DNA of 63,853 nucleotides, counting the filler, from Stramenopiles sp. TOSAG23-3 (taxonomy: Eukaryota), in NCBI GenBank assembly GCA_900128585.1. It is 3 parts of 3 records of this genome, joined end to end, with 100 filler letters (N's around TTAATTAATTAA, not from the genome) between each part and the next. Parts side by side here need not be neighbours in the genome. Positions count along the whole stretch, not along the records: positions 43,676 to 63,853 come from LT642381.1; 2 more parts are not named here. One strand, 5' to 3'. The position numbers were made by a program, and so were the translations under genes. The notes under the pieces were generated by a model. It was given only the letters and a program-made list of their open reading frames with translations, was not told the origin of the DNA and did no database searches. Of the stretch, positions 54,093 through 63,853 are shown piece by piece. The stretch's first letter is position 1, and each line of letters begins with the position of its first letter.

Positions 54093-55314
54093 TCCCTACT
54101 ACAATAGTATTACCTTCAACAACCAAAATATCAAAGAAGAGACGGAAAAAATGAATTCGACCTCCTGCGTTGCTTCTACAATATGTAATTAGAAATAGAA
54201 TTGAACACCCTTGTTTCTTCTCCTTTCTCTTCTTCTCCTCTTTTCCTAGTTTTTGCTGGATAATGATTATTTATACCGTACGTAGAAGATGATTCGACCG
54301 GATGAATAAATTTTATAATAATAATAAAAAAAGAAGCAGCAGCAGCAAGCAGCAAGCAGCAAGATGATGATTTTTTTTTTCCCTCTTTTTTCTTCTCTTT
54401 TTGTTTGACTAAATAATATACCGGTATATTACTTGGTATGTAGTGTACAATAATGTACATTATAATCTCTTTTCGTCGTCGTGCGTCGTGGTGATTTTTG
54501 TCGTCGTGCCTCCTACTACTTTTGGCTCTTTTTACTATTGTCTTCTTGTACTTTACAATAAATAATAAAAACCCTAAACCCGGTTATTATTATTATTATT
54601 ACTATACTATGCTGTGTAATCTAAAAAACATTATTTTATTTTTTTATTACGATAATACGTAGACGACTATTATACCGGTATTATTATTACTGAGTAAATT
54701 AGGAAGAAGGCAAGAAGGCGGCGTTTCGTTCATTAAAAAAAAATAAAGATTCTTCATTCAGAGAAATGGATCTATTTTATTATAATACATTCCATTCCTT
54801 CCAGTACGAGGATGTATGACGGGGGATGGATTATTATTTTTTTATTATTAAATTATTGAAAAAACGCTTCCTTCTTCTTTTTTGTTGTTGTTGCTGTTGT
54901 TGTATTGTATAACTATATTAAATAATAATACTTCTTCTTTTTGTAATTTACAAATAAATAATAATATTAGAAGGGAAACAGTAGGGGTTAAAAAAATCAA
55001 CCTTTGGTTGGGGTAGAACCCTTTTTATTTATTTAATCCCCGGCTCGGCATGGCAGGAGGCGGTATATACTTTATATCGGTCGGTCGGTGAGTCGTTAAC
55101 AAATATATCTCCTCGTTTGAAAGATTCTTGTAGGTTTGTGAATTAAATTGGTAGAATAGATTGATATACTAATTGACAGGAAAAATAATTCAATTGTATA
55201 GCTATAAAGTACTTGCATTTTGTACACACAACCCCAAGAAAGAAACTCACAACCGTCCGGATACCCTTGAGGGCATTGTTCAAACAAGAATAGTAAGCGA
55301 AGAGATCGGAACCA

Positions 55315-56736
55315 ATGTCTGCCTTTAGCGCATCGTATAGTCAACAGCCGTTTCGAAGGCACTACCAGCAGCAGCGTGCTCAAAAAGGGCAAAGTTTTTC
55401 TTCCCACAGCGAAAATGATACCGCAGAGCGACTGCACAACTGGGAAAAAATGCGGAGGTCAAAGACCGAGCGTCTCAAGCAGTCTGTACAGAAAGAAAAG
55501 ATGCAGTCGTGTACATTTACGCCTACGAAATTTTCTCGAAATACCGAAAAGCTCTTGCAAAAGAAGCCCTGCAAGACTCCCACGGAGAAGAACGCGACAA
55601 ACAGACACACAGAGCGCCTCTTGCGGGCGCGCAAGCAGCAGGAGGCGAAGCAAACAGTCCCCCATGCGACTGGAAAGAGGTGGACGGGCAAGACGACGAC
55701 GCCCGTGGCGCCCAAACTCAGTTACCAAACCAAAGCAAAAAAGTCAAGCACGCAGAAGGCCGCTATTAGGCACAATTCTTACGCCTCCCTTGCGAAGGCA
55801 GCGAAGAGTAAAAGCAGTTGCCATGTTCCAGTCAATAAGGAAAGGGCAGTACAACCGTTCTACAGCGACGGCGTGCCGCCTTATGCGCCGGATGAAAGTG
55901 ATATCGATAGGGACTATGGTGGCAATTCGGAACATGGCGAAAGTATTGACTTGTACCACGAAGACCATCAAATTAGCAGCTATCAGCAACACTTCATTGC
56001 GCAGAAACGCATGGACGACTCTGCGGAGGCGCGCACTGTTGACGAAGAAATGTACGAACCACGAGGCGGAATTTTCGACGAAGTGCGGGCTTACAACAAC
56101 ACCATTCTGAGCCAACAAAATGCAGCTGCTCCCATGCCCGTTATCCCAGTGAAGAAGAGGCAACCCCAAAGAGGCGGAAGTACTGAAGATTTTTGCAACG
56201 CGCCACCGCAATCGTTATCTCAGAATATGTACGCAGAGGTGTTCGAGCGCAATGATAATGTGCACCGTCAGTTCGGGGCAAAGCAGGAGTCGAAAGAAGA
56301 AGCGATCGAGCCCCCAGTAACGGCCTCATTGCCCCCCCCTGCAACGTACTTGCCCCCTCCCCCTGTCGACAAGGTCGTCGGCTTCGGAACGAACCTTGCA
56401 CCGTCGATGCCCTTGTCCGAGAGCAAGACCGTCCGCACCACCGAGAACATTGATTGGGATGTGATGCAAAGGAAGACTAAATTTTTTTCTCTCCGTGAAA
56501 AGGACAAAGCAGACAAACTGCAGGATAGATTAGAAGAAATGGAACGAGAAAACATGAAGATTTTGGGCATTGGTCCAGACCAACCACCCCCAAAAAGGGA
56601 GGAAAAGAAACGCACTAAAAGCGAGCGGAAATCGTTGTCGAACCACTACCGGAGAATGTCGAACGTTGCCATTGCTAAGGGTAAGGGTAAGTCAAAATTA
56701 GGAAGCAACATGGGAAAGAGCAAGCGTTTTCTGTGA
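55315..56736 (+). CDS. Hypothetical basic/low-complexity protein, possibly microtubule-associated
   Basis: 473-aa ORF with coding-like composition; ERL...CTFTP...ERL and TTPVAPKL resemble motifs of protist cytoskeletal proteins (weak). Confidence 0.65.
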   Translation: MSAFSASYSQQPFRRHYQQQRAQKGQSFSSHSENDTAERLHNWEKMRRSKTERLKQSVQKEKMQSCTFTPTKFSRNTEKLLQKKPCKTPTEKNATNRHTERLLRARKQQEAKQTVPHATGKRWTGKTTTPVAPKLSYQTKAKKSSTQKAAIRHNSYASLAKAAKSKSSCHVPVNKERAVQPFYSDGVPPYAPDESDIDRDYGGNSEHGESIDLYHEDHQISSYQQHFIAQKRMDDSAEARTVDEEMYEPRGGIFDEVRAYNNTILSQQNAAAPMPVIPVKKRQPQRGGSTEDFCNAPPQSLSQNMYAEVFERNDNVHRQFGAKQESKEEAIEPPVTASLPPPATYLPPPPVDKVVGFGTNLAPSMPLSESKTVRTTENIDWDVMQRKTKFFSLREKDKADKLQDRLEEMERENMKILGIGPDQPPPKREEKKRTKSERKSLSNHYRRMSNVAIAKGKGKSKLGSNMGKSKRFL

Positions 56737-56962
56737 TCGGAAGAAATAAACGCCTTTCTGAGCAGGGAGGAAACTGTTTTTTATTAAAAAAGTAATCTTA
56801 AGAGTACGCGGTGTCATATGCGTAACTGCATACGTTTTGATACTTTTCGCTTAAATTATCATGATAGGAAAATAAGTTACGCATTTATATGTTATGTACA
56901 TATCATATCATAAATAGATTTTACTGATGAATAGCTCGCAATATGCCCCCCCACCCCCGTGC

Positions 56963-57499
56963 TCATAACTCGTCTGAACTTTGTTTTTTACTTTTCTCGT
57001 GGTGACCAATGAGAGTATCGACCCGAGCCCGTTCCTGTGACAGCAGCAGTTCGCATTTTTCCAACTCGGCGCTTTTCGCTTCCAGTGCTACCATGGAAAT
57101 GGTTGCTCTGGACCGGGTCTCCTCTAGCTGCGCGGTGTGCTCCTGCCTCAATTCGGCAATTTCAAGCGAGTGTGCCGCCTTCAACGAAACAATCTCCAAC
57201 TCATACTTCCGGGAAAAACTTTCGAGGGAGGGAAGCGATTCTTCCCCCAACCCATTAGCAGCAACGATGTTCCCCATAACCCCTTCCCCCCCTTCGTCTA
57301 ACAGAAAAGATTCCTTCCCGTCCGGAGCACTTTTGGAATTATCAGAGTAGACTTTGTCGAGGTGGTTCAGAAATGGAATTACGGAAATCTTGATTGCAAT
57401 AAGACCGATGATGACAAATATAACAATGTCGCGCGTGTATGCCGCCTTGGGCGAAAACCTCGACCTGTTCTCTTCTCGAAGTTGATCGGATTCAGGCAT
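56963..57499 (-). CDS. Single-pass membrane coiled-coil protein
   Basis: IVIFVIIGLIAIKISVIPFL TM segment followed by a heptad-rich region. Confidence 0.7.
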   Translation of the reverse strand: MPESDQLREENRSRFSPKAAYTRDIVIFVIIGLIAIKISVIPFLNHLDKVYSDNSKSAPDGKESFLLDEGGEGVMGNIVAANGLGEESLPSLESFSRKYELEIVSLKAAHSLEIAELRQEHTAQLEETRSRATISMVALEAKSAELEKCELLLSQERARVDTLIGHHEKSKKQSSDEL

Positions 57500-57537
57500 C
57501 TGGTACGGCCAGTTTTGCGCTGTGATGGCACTTCAGT

Positions 57538-57819
57538 TCAGAAATCGATCCCTTCAAACTCACCTGGTACTTCGTACAGCCAGCTGTCGGCTTCTAGCTC
57601 TTCTTTGATCTTTCGAAGGCTCTGCAACACTTCCTCTTGAATCTCGCTGTTCAATTCTTTTACAAGGGTCTGCTTTAGAGTTTTCTTCTTAAGCTTTTGG
57701 TCCCACAGAGCAGTACCAAACGATCTAACGGACGAGCTTGCACTCGGAGGAGGATGTCTCTTTCGTCGGTTCCCACGGGTCTGTTGTTGAGGAGTAGGAC
57801 CTGAAGGAGTCGACTGCAT
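57538..57819 (-). CDS. Small APC16-like protein
   Basis: 93 aa; disordered N-terminus and C-terminal helix LRKIKEELEADSWLY, resembling the EELEADEWRF motif of animal APC16. Confidence 0.6.
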   Translation of the reverse strand: MQSTPSGPTPQQQTRGNRRKRHPPPSASSSVRSFGTALWDQKLKKKTLKQTLVKELNSEIQEEVLQSLRKIKEELEADSWLYEVPGEFEGIDF

Positions 57820-58823
57820 AATCTACCGTCAAACCAAAACGAACGTTCGAAGGAAGCAATGAAGGAAATAATGCTTTTTAAATGGCACTCAATCGTATGG
57901 TATATTGAGCATCAAACTCTTTACACTTTGTCTTAATTACATACATATACGAAGCAATCAATTGAATAAAAACCATTACAGTAATCAATAATTAGGACTA
58001 AAATAATTGTCGCTCGCCGCATTCATCTCCATCATTTACCAAGTAGTATAATTTAAAACAAAATGGGGACACTACAAAATATTCCTCGTAATTAATAATT
58101 TATTTAGAATACTAATGTCATTAATACGGTACTAGACAAACTAGACAACAACAACTGATCATGTAAAAATTCAAGTCGTCAAGGAACGCATTCAAATTTA
58201 ACATGCAACAGCAAAGAAGAAGGGGAGGTCAAATGTCATATTTAATTCAACAAAAATTCTTCTTTCATCTATCACTCGTACGAGGACGACTACGTAGCCA
58301 TTTTAGCTTTATAAACTATACGAAAAAAAGGAAGTAGTCCTAATATATATTGGAATATCATCACCACACCTAATAAGGAAAAGGTTCTTCATGGAACTAT
58401 TACAAAGGACAGCAAAGGTTGCCGGTACCGGTACGTACCGTAGTAGGATTATAATAACAGGTGCACATAATCTACACTACTCTCGTAGCTATATTCATTT
58501 CTTTTTTTAATTTTATTTCACTTATGATATCACATATGAGACATACGAGGACATGAGGAGTACGAGGACGCCTTGCTTGATATTTTTTAATTCGTTGCAC
58601 ACATTATTATTTTTTTAATGCTGGTAGGCAGTCTTGTACGAGGATTTATCATATTACCCAACCTAAACACAAAAAAATTAGATTCTCCCCCCTTTACTCA
58701 TTGTGTTACATTTCTGAAAACAATTTGAAGAAAGGGGAACCTTCAATTATTGCCGTTCAAAACATTAAATTGTACCCTCCCAGAATATTTTGAGTTTCCA
58801 GCGAGGGGCACCCGGGAAACGGC

Positions 58824-60431
58824 ATGGGGACATGCGGATCAATTCCTGATCAACGCGATGATCACAAGAAGTTGACAAACGTGTATCCTGGTCAGATATC
58901 ACCGAATCAAGTTGTTCGCATTGTGGATAAAAACAATAAAGAGCCGGCGACTGTTGAGGAGGATACAAAAAAAGACGCGGAGGAGGAAGAAGAAGAAATC
59001 AACAACACATTGTACGGGATTTTGGAGACGAGCAGCACTAGAAAGAAGCGCAAACCCCTGCGGCGGGAGCGCTCGTCTATTGCGGACTGGCACGGAAAGT
59101 CAAAACGAGCAATGGTAAAATTGCATTGTATCAACCGCCTGCGGCGAGAGCGGTCACGCAGCAGAAAATTGAATAAAGTAGCCGAAGTCGTCAAGAAGGC
59201 TGAACTGTCCATGGAAGAGAAAATGGTCATGAAGCTCCAGGAGACATTCGATCGACTAGGGCCTGTGAGGCCCTGGAAAGACCCTGACTTCACAGCCGCT
59301 GCCCTACTCTCCGGCAGCAAAAAAGCAAAGAAGGTTTGCCACATTACAGAGATGATCACAAACCCAGAGCTTTCCCCAGCGTTGTTTCCGAACGATACCT
59401 CTACGCTCTCAGATGACATATGCCAAGGGTCCCTCGGAGATTGCTATTTCATTTCTGCTCTGTCTGTCTTGGCCGACAAAGCAATCCGCGTGAAACAACT
59501 GTTTGCGTACACAAAGGAGAGTTTCGATGCAGGGATTAGCTGCGTGCGCATAAACGACGACGGCGTGTGGAAACCGGTCCTCCTCGACCATTGCTTTCCA
59601 AACACTATACACAACAATCCCGTCTACAGCAACAGTCGAAATGAAAATGTTCTGTGGGTGATGCTTCTCGAAAAAGCATACGCGAAGTTGCACTCTTCGT
59701 ACGATGCTATTGAGTCTGGGCTGGCAAGCGAATCAATGATGGCACTGACGGGCGCACCATGCGATTTTTACGAACTGCACGATAAAGAGGACAAAGGGCG
59801 CTACGTGGATGAGGACCGATTGTGGGAAATTTTAATGACTGCAAAGGAAAACGAATTTTTGATTTGCACATCGACCGATTCAGCGAAAGGGGAGAAAGAA
59901 GACGACGAGTATAAGAACGTGTACGGGCTCGTGCGAGGACACGCGTACGCATTGCTGGACGCTGTTGTGCCAGCGACCACCGGGGAACGCATGGTGAAGA
60001 TCCGGAACCCATGGGGAAAGGACGAATGGAAAGGGAGATACTCTGACCACAGCAAAGAGTGGTCAAAAGACTTGCTTGCCGAGCTTGACCACAAAGACTT
60101 GGACGACGGGGCGTTCTACATGTCGCTGTCCGACTTCGACAAGCATTTCACCTCCGTGACAGTTTGCCGGTACCGGGACAATTATAAATATTCGTCCGTG
60201 GAGCTCCGTTTCACTTCTGAAAACGAGGAGCTCCGTTTCACTTCTGAAAACGACGCCGTGTCTTGCGCCTTCTCTTCCTCCTCGTACCCGTCTGGGTGGT
60301 ACGATCTATGGGTTTCCTCCATGAGGTCGTCAACACGCTGCAGCGCAAGTTTCTTCTCTTCCGGTGAAGAAGTCAATACAGTGATTGATGTATCCAAGTC
60401 TAGCATTTTGAGCGCTTTCATGTACGCGTGA
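58824..60431 (+). CDS. Calpain-family cysteine protease with N-terminal dual-acylation motif; C-terminus abnormal
   Basis: MGTCGS; QGSLGDCYF, LLEKAYAKL, GHAY, RNPWG (Cys-His-Asn intact); last ~80 codons overlap the opposite-strand ORF. Confidence 0.9.
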   Translation: MGTCGSIPDQRDDHKKLTNVYPGQISPNQVVRIVDKNNKEPATVEEDTKKDAEEEEEEINNTLYGILETSSTRKKRKPLRRERSSIADWHGKSKRAMVKLHCINRLRRERSRSRKLNKVAEVVKKAELSMEEKMVMKLQETFDRLGPVRPWKDPDFTAAALLSGSKKAKKVCHITEMITNPELSPALFPNDTSTLSDDICQGSLGDCYFISALSVLADKAIRVKQLFAYTKESFDAGISCVRINDDGVWKPVLLDHCFPNTIHNNPVYSNSRNENVLWVMLLEKAYAKLHSSYDAIESGLASESMMALTGAPCDFYELHDKEDKGRYVDEDRLWEILMTAKENEFLICTSTDSAKGEKEDDEYKNVYGLVRGHAYALLDAVVPATTGERMVKIRNPWGKDEWKGRYSDHSKEWSKDLLAELDHKDLDDGAFYMSLSDFDKHFTSVTVCRYRDNYKYSSVELRFTSENEELRFTSENDAVSCAFSSSSYPSGWYDLWVSSMRSSTRCSASFFSSGEEVNTVIDVSKSSILSAFMYA

Positions 60432-60742
60432 TCTAGGGGTGCCAACTCTTCCAACGTTACACCCTTGTTTCTAATGCAGGTTACAGACTTGGAATGAAAA
60501 GTATCGTAGTGGGAAGATACTGCTCGGTTGTACTTCACGAGGTCTTCGTATCCACTGAACGTTTTCCCTGAAAAAGTGATTTCTGCGTCCTGGAGATTTT
60601 CAGAGTTCCCTTCACGAATACCATCATCGAACAAAAAATAAACCCCCCCCATACTAAGAAAGAGGAAAAACAAAACAACAGGATGGACGGACACAGTGCG
60701 CGACTCCCCATGTGTATCACGGGGACCATTATCCGAGCCCAT
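60182..60742 (-). CDS. Hypothetical type II membrane protein, possibly truncated
   Basis: ATG at 60742; TM PVVLFFLFLSMGGVYFLF; ends inside the calpain ORF just past a 27-bp duplication. Confidence 0.55.
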   Translation of the reverse strand: MGSDNGPRDTHGESRTVSVHPVVLFFLFLSMGGVYFLFDDGIREGNSENLQDAEITFSGKTFSGYEDLVKYNRAVSSHYDTFHSKSVTCIRNKGVTLEELAPLDHAYMKALKMLDLDTSITVLTSSPEEKKLALQRVDDLMEETHRSYHPDGYEEEEKAQDTASFSEVKRSSSFSEVKRSSTDEYL

Positions 60743-61292
60743 TATTCCCAGGCACAAAAGATAGAGTAGTGGTCAACCAATTGACCTGAAGATAGTCAAC
60801 AGGAAGTCCTTTGAAAAATTTGAATATTTCAGAGTGCGTATGCTTCTTCTTTTTTTTAATGTAGTTCTTAAAATCAATTTACAGTTTTCTCCAATCGTCA
60901 TCAACAACAAAAATAACGTCTATCGGTGACCTTTACTTTAACGAATGACATTCCAATATAAACCGTAATTATAATGTTTTCTGCTGCTTTGCACGATTAG
61001 CCGTATGCGTGGGGGGGAGGAGGAGGAGGGGGCGGGCGTCTTCTAATAAAATTTCATTTTTTTTTAACATTTTTTTTTAACCGACTGTTTTAATGCTGTA
61101 TCGATATTATTATTATGTGTACAGTATCAACATAGCAAACCACAGAGAAAAAAAAGGGATGAGGATGAGGATTCCGTATTTTCACGATATTCGTTCTTTC
61201 CCTCAGGTTTTTCATTAAAATTTTTAATTTTTTCATGGTCAAACACCGACGTGGGGAACGGTTGGGTATAACGCGTTTCGTTGAGTCGAGGC

Positions 61293-63288
61293 TCATCGTT
61301 GGTGATCGGCAGGCGGTTTGTAGCACCCGTCGTACACGCGTCGTGTGTTATCCAGGCTGTTCGTGCGGCAACTCCAACTCCATGAAACGTCGGTTTTGAC
61401 ATGGGGGCAGCCGTGGGGGATAAAAATACTCGAATCGTTGCTACGGCGCAAATACGTTACCTGTCTTACAGTTTCAATCACCGGCATTGTAAACACGTAG
61501 TCTATCCCGTTTACCGTAGACGTTACACCATGCAATCGGTTGCAAAGGTAGCGCATGAGCTTGTCCCGCCTAAACGAAATTTTTGGGTTGGGCCCCCACA
61601 TCTGTCCACCAATCCACCGGTAGAACTTTGCACCACCCAGAAGATCTTCATTATTCGTATGAGTTTCATCCTGGGAAAGTTCAGGTAACACTAATCCCAT
61701 CGGAAGCAGGGCTTTGTTGAAACGGTCAGGGGAGAAGCTGCTTGCAGCGCTGGTCCATCCTGACCAAACCGTTAGGTATTTGTGCGCAGGAAGCAGCAGG
61801 CTCCGGAAAAATTTATCGACCAGAGGTGGAAACATGCGTTCGCTGAGGGCCTCGGTTCCAAGGGCATACTTCAAATCTACCCATGTACAGCTTTCTCTAG
61901 GTCCTATCGCAGTCTTTGAATCTACCAGTCTCTTTGCACATACTTTTGCCGGTAACCTGTAACTTTTGACTGCAAACCATCCGAAATTAAAATCTTCGGG
62001 CAACATGGTAAATACCCCCCAACGGCAAGTCACTTCGAACAATTTCATCATCGCGTTCGCTTCTCTCAAAAATGGACCTCCCGCAGGCAGCATATTTTTC
62101 ATTTCATCGGTGACGACACCGACGTGTGCTGCATGGTCATAGAACTGTTGGCAGGCCTGCAGTACAAACAATAGTGTGTAGGACACTGCTACCGTACTTT
62201 TCAACGAGGGTCGACTGCACCGTGTGGGCTTACTGGAGCCCCTAAAGGTGCCCTCGTCGGCTTTGACATTGTTTCCTGCAGCCTTAACCGTACCCTTCTG
62301 TAGTTTGCGGCTGGGAGTTTTCGACCGCTTGCCTCCCCTTCCCTTCCTTTCCAGCCCGGCACCGGGGGGGGGGCACGTTTCCATCGACACCCATTGCTTT
62401 CTCAGCGTTTTCCTCCTCAGAGCCGGGCACTTCATCAACGGTATCGTCGACATACCAAACGTCGTTGGTGCTCGGTGGGAGAAGCACTACAAGGGAACAA
62501 AGTGAAATGTAAGGGAACATCCCAATCTCATAAAGCAAGGCAATTCCAATATGAAGGGACATCAACGTAAGCACTGCAAAAAGTCGAGTTCTGCAACTCA
62601 GCAGCAGAAGAGGAACAACGCCTTCCACACAAAACGTGGAGTGGGTCAGTAGACGCCAAAGCGTCCCCCATTTATCTCTTGCGTACATCCCTAAAGGGCC
62701 CACAACGGGTTCAAAAAACGTAAGCTGCATGGCCTCACCTGAAGTCCAAGCCTTGTCCATCAATTTATGAGCACCAGCAATAACGTACAGTGTAATCACG
62801 ATTACGTAGTATGACCTGGTCACTGCTGTTTCGTACCATTTCCCACGGCCTTTGCTATCGTCTTCCGCGTCGGTGGGAAGGCAGCCGCTCATAAAATAGA
62901 GTAAGGATAAAAAAATCTCCCCGCAATTGTGATTAGCCCACAGATGCGCAATGACGGAGTTGTTAAAAAGAAACATGAATACAGAAACCATTGGGCTGCA
63001 AGCATTGGCGCGGTGAAACAGCTGGAACCCGCAATACACGTGCAGGAGCAATAGGAACTTCGGCCAATACTCGGAGCTCGAAGCCTGAAATAAGTCTATT
63101 TTTGATTGATCCCCGTGCCAGGTGTCAATGGGGTTTCCGACCACTCGGTCTTTGGGGAAAAAAAATAGGGAATGCATTGTCATCATTTTGACGCCTCGAT
63201 AAATGCTGATGAAGCCCAGCATGACACGAAAACGCTCGATGCTTTTGCTGTGAAAGCGTAAGGAACACCCATAGGCCTGGGGCTTCAT
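61293..63288 (-). CDS. HTTM-domain membrane protein, frameshifted at a C10 run
   Basis: SIERFRVMLG, YVIAGAHKL..AW.SG.A, LHIGIAL...IGMFPYIS; removing one base at 62364-62373 fuses ORFs 62284..63288 and 61293..62453. Confidence 0.7.
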
Positions 63289-63853
63289 GTCTTGGCAAAA
63301 GCAAACGCCGTCTGTTAAATTGATTCTGTGTATCTATATGTAACGACAGTCTGAGAAATAGAAGATGACAACTTGGCTCTTGGTAGTTCATAACTCTATG
63401 GTAGATGCAAACAAAAACTATGCAAACTCAAGTATAAAAATATAATATCATGAGAAGAGAGAAAGTTGTTATTGTATTATGTGGGGGCAAGAAACAACTG
63501 CAGGGAAGAAATGATGTTGATCCCTTCTTCTTCTTCTTTTTTTTTTTTAAATCTTCTTCTTAATAATAACTATTACTTCTTTTTATATTATATTTTAGAC
63601 GACTGTATTACAGTATTATTTTACTTCTTTATTATTTTATTACTTTTTTGTCTCTGACTGCTCCCCCCTCCCTCTATCCAGGTGCTGCTGTGAGGTAATA
63701 AACTTGCTTTAAAACAGTACGCGTACTGGTAGTCTAAAATAATAATAACCCCTGAATGCTGTGTTCTGGTTTTTCCGCCGCGTTCTTCTTTCTTCTGCTT
63801 CTTTTTTTTTTCGTGTCCGTCGTCCGTCTCCTCCGTCCCCCCTCCCCCCCCCC

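Noticed and set aside
55376..56110. 244-aa overlapping ORF in an alternative + frame
   Set aside because: Non-ATG start, no motifs, fully nested in the longer ORF 55315..56736.
1..63853. Prokaryotic or giant-virus origin suggested by intronless dense genes
   Set aside because: COPS4, TIM23, CFAP100, OCRL, GPR107 and a spliceosomal intron indicate a eukaryotic nuclear genome; no viral hallmark genes were seen.

Overview
Eukaryotic nuclear DNA from a gene-dense, almost intron-free, flagellated protist (CFAP100 present; a stramenopile-like origin is inference only). The window is not contiguous: two artificial 100-bp linkers (44 N + TTAATTAATTAA + 44 N, at 21780-21879 and 43576-43675) join three contigs, and there is one scaffold gap (10928-11088). 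About 29 protein-coding genes lie in GC-balanced blocks separated by very AT-rich, microsatellite-laden spacers. Recognisable genes: COQ3, COPS4, USP32-like, GPR107-like, two GH27 alpha-N-acetylgalactosaminidases, TIM23, CFAP100, a TLC protein with the only clear intron, a PDZ-SUMO protease, NUDT15-like, OCRL/INPP5B, FKBP-SAP, calpain and an HTTM protein. I found no rRNA, tRNA, CRISPR array or transposase. The best leads are: (1) a GH27 / split-saposin-like / GH27 cluster next to a GT32-methyltransferase fusion; (2) a minimal 200-aa two-pore K+ channel facing a prenylated EF-hand protein; (3) an APC16-like small ORF only 38 bp upstream of the next gene, a bicistronic candidate; (4) a dispersed ~50-bp repeat found only between convergent gene ends; (5) perfect 19-27-bp tandem duplications where ORFs break; (6) two genes split by single-base homopolymer frameshifts. 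All family calls come from motif recognition by eye; no database search was run.
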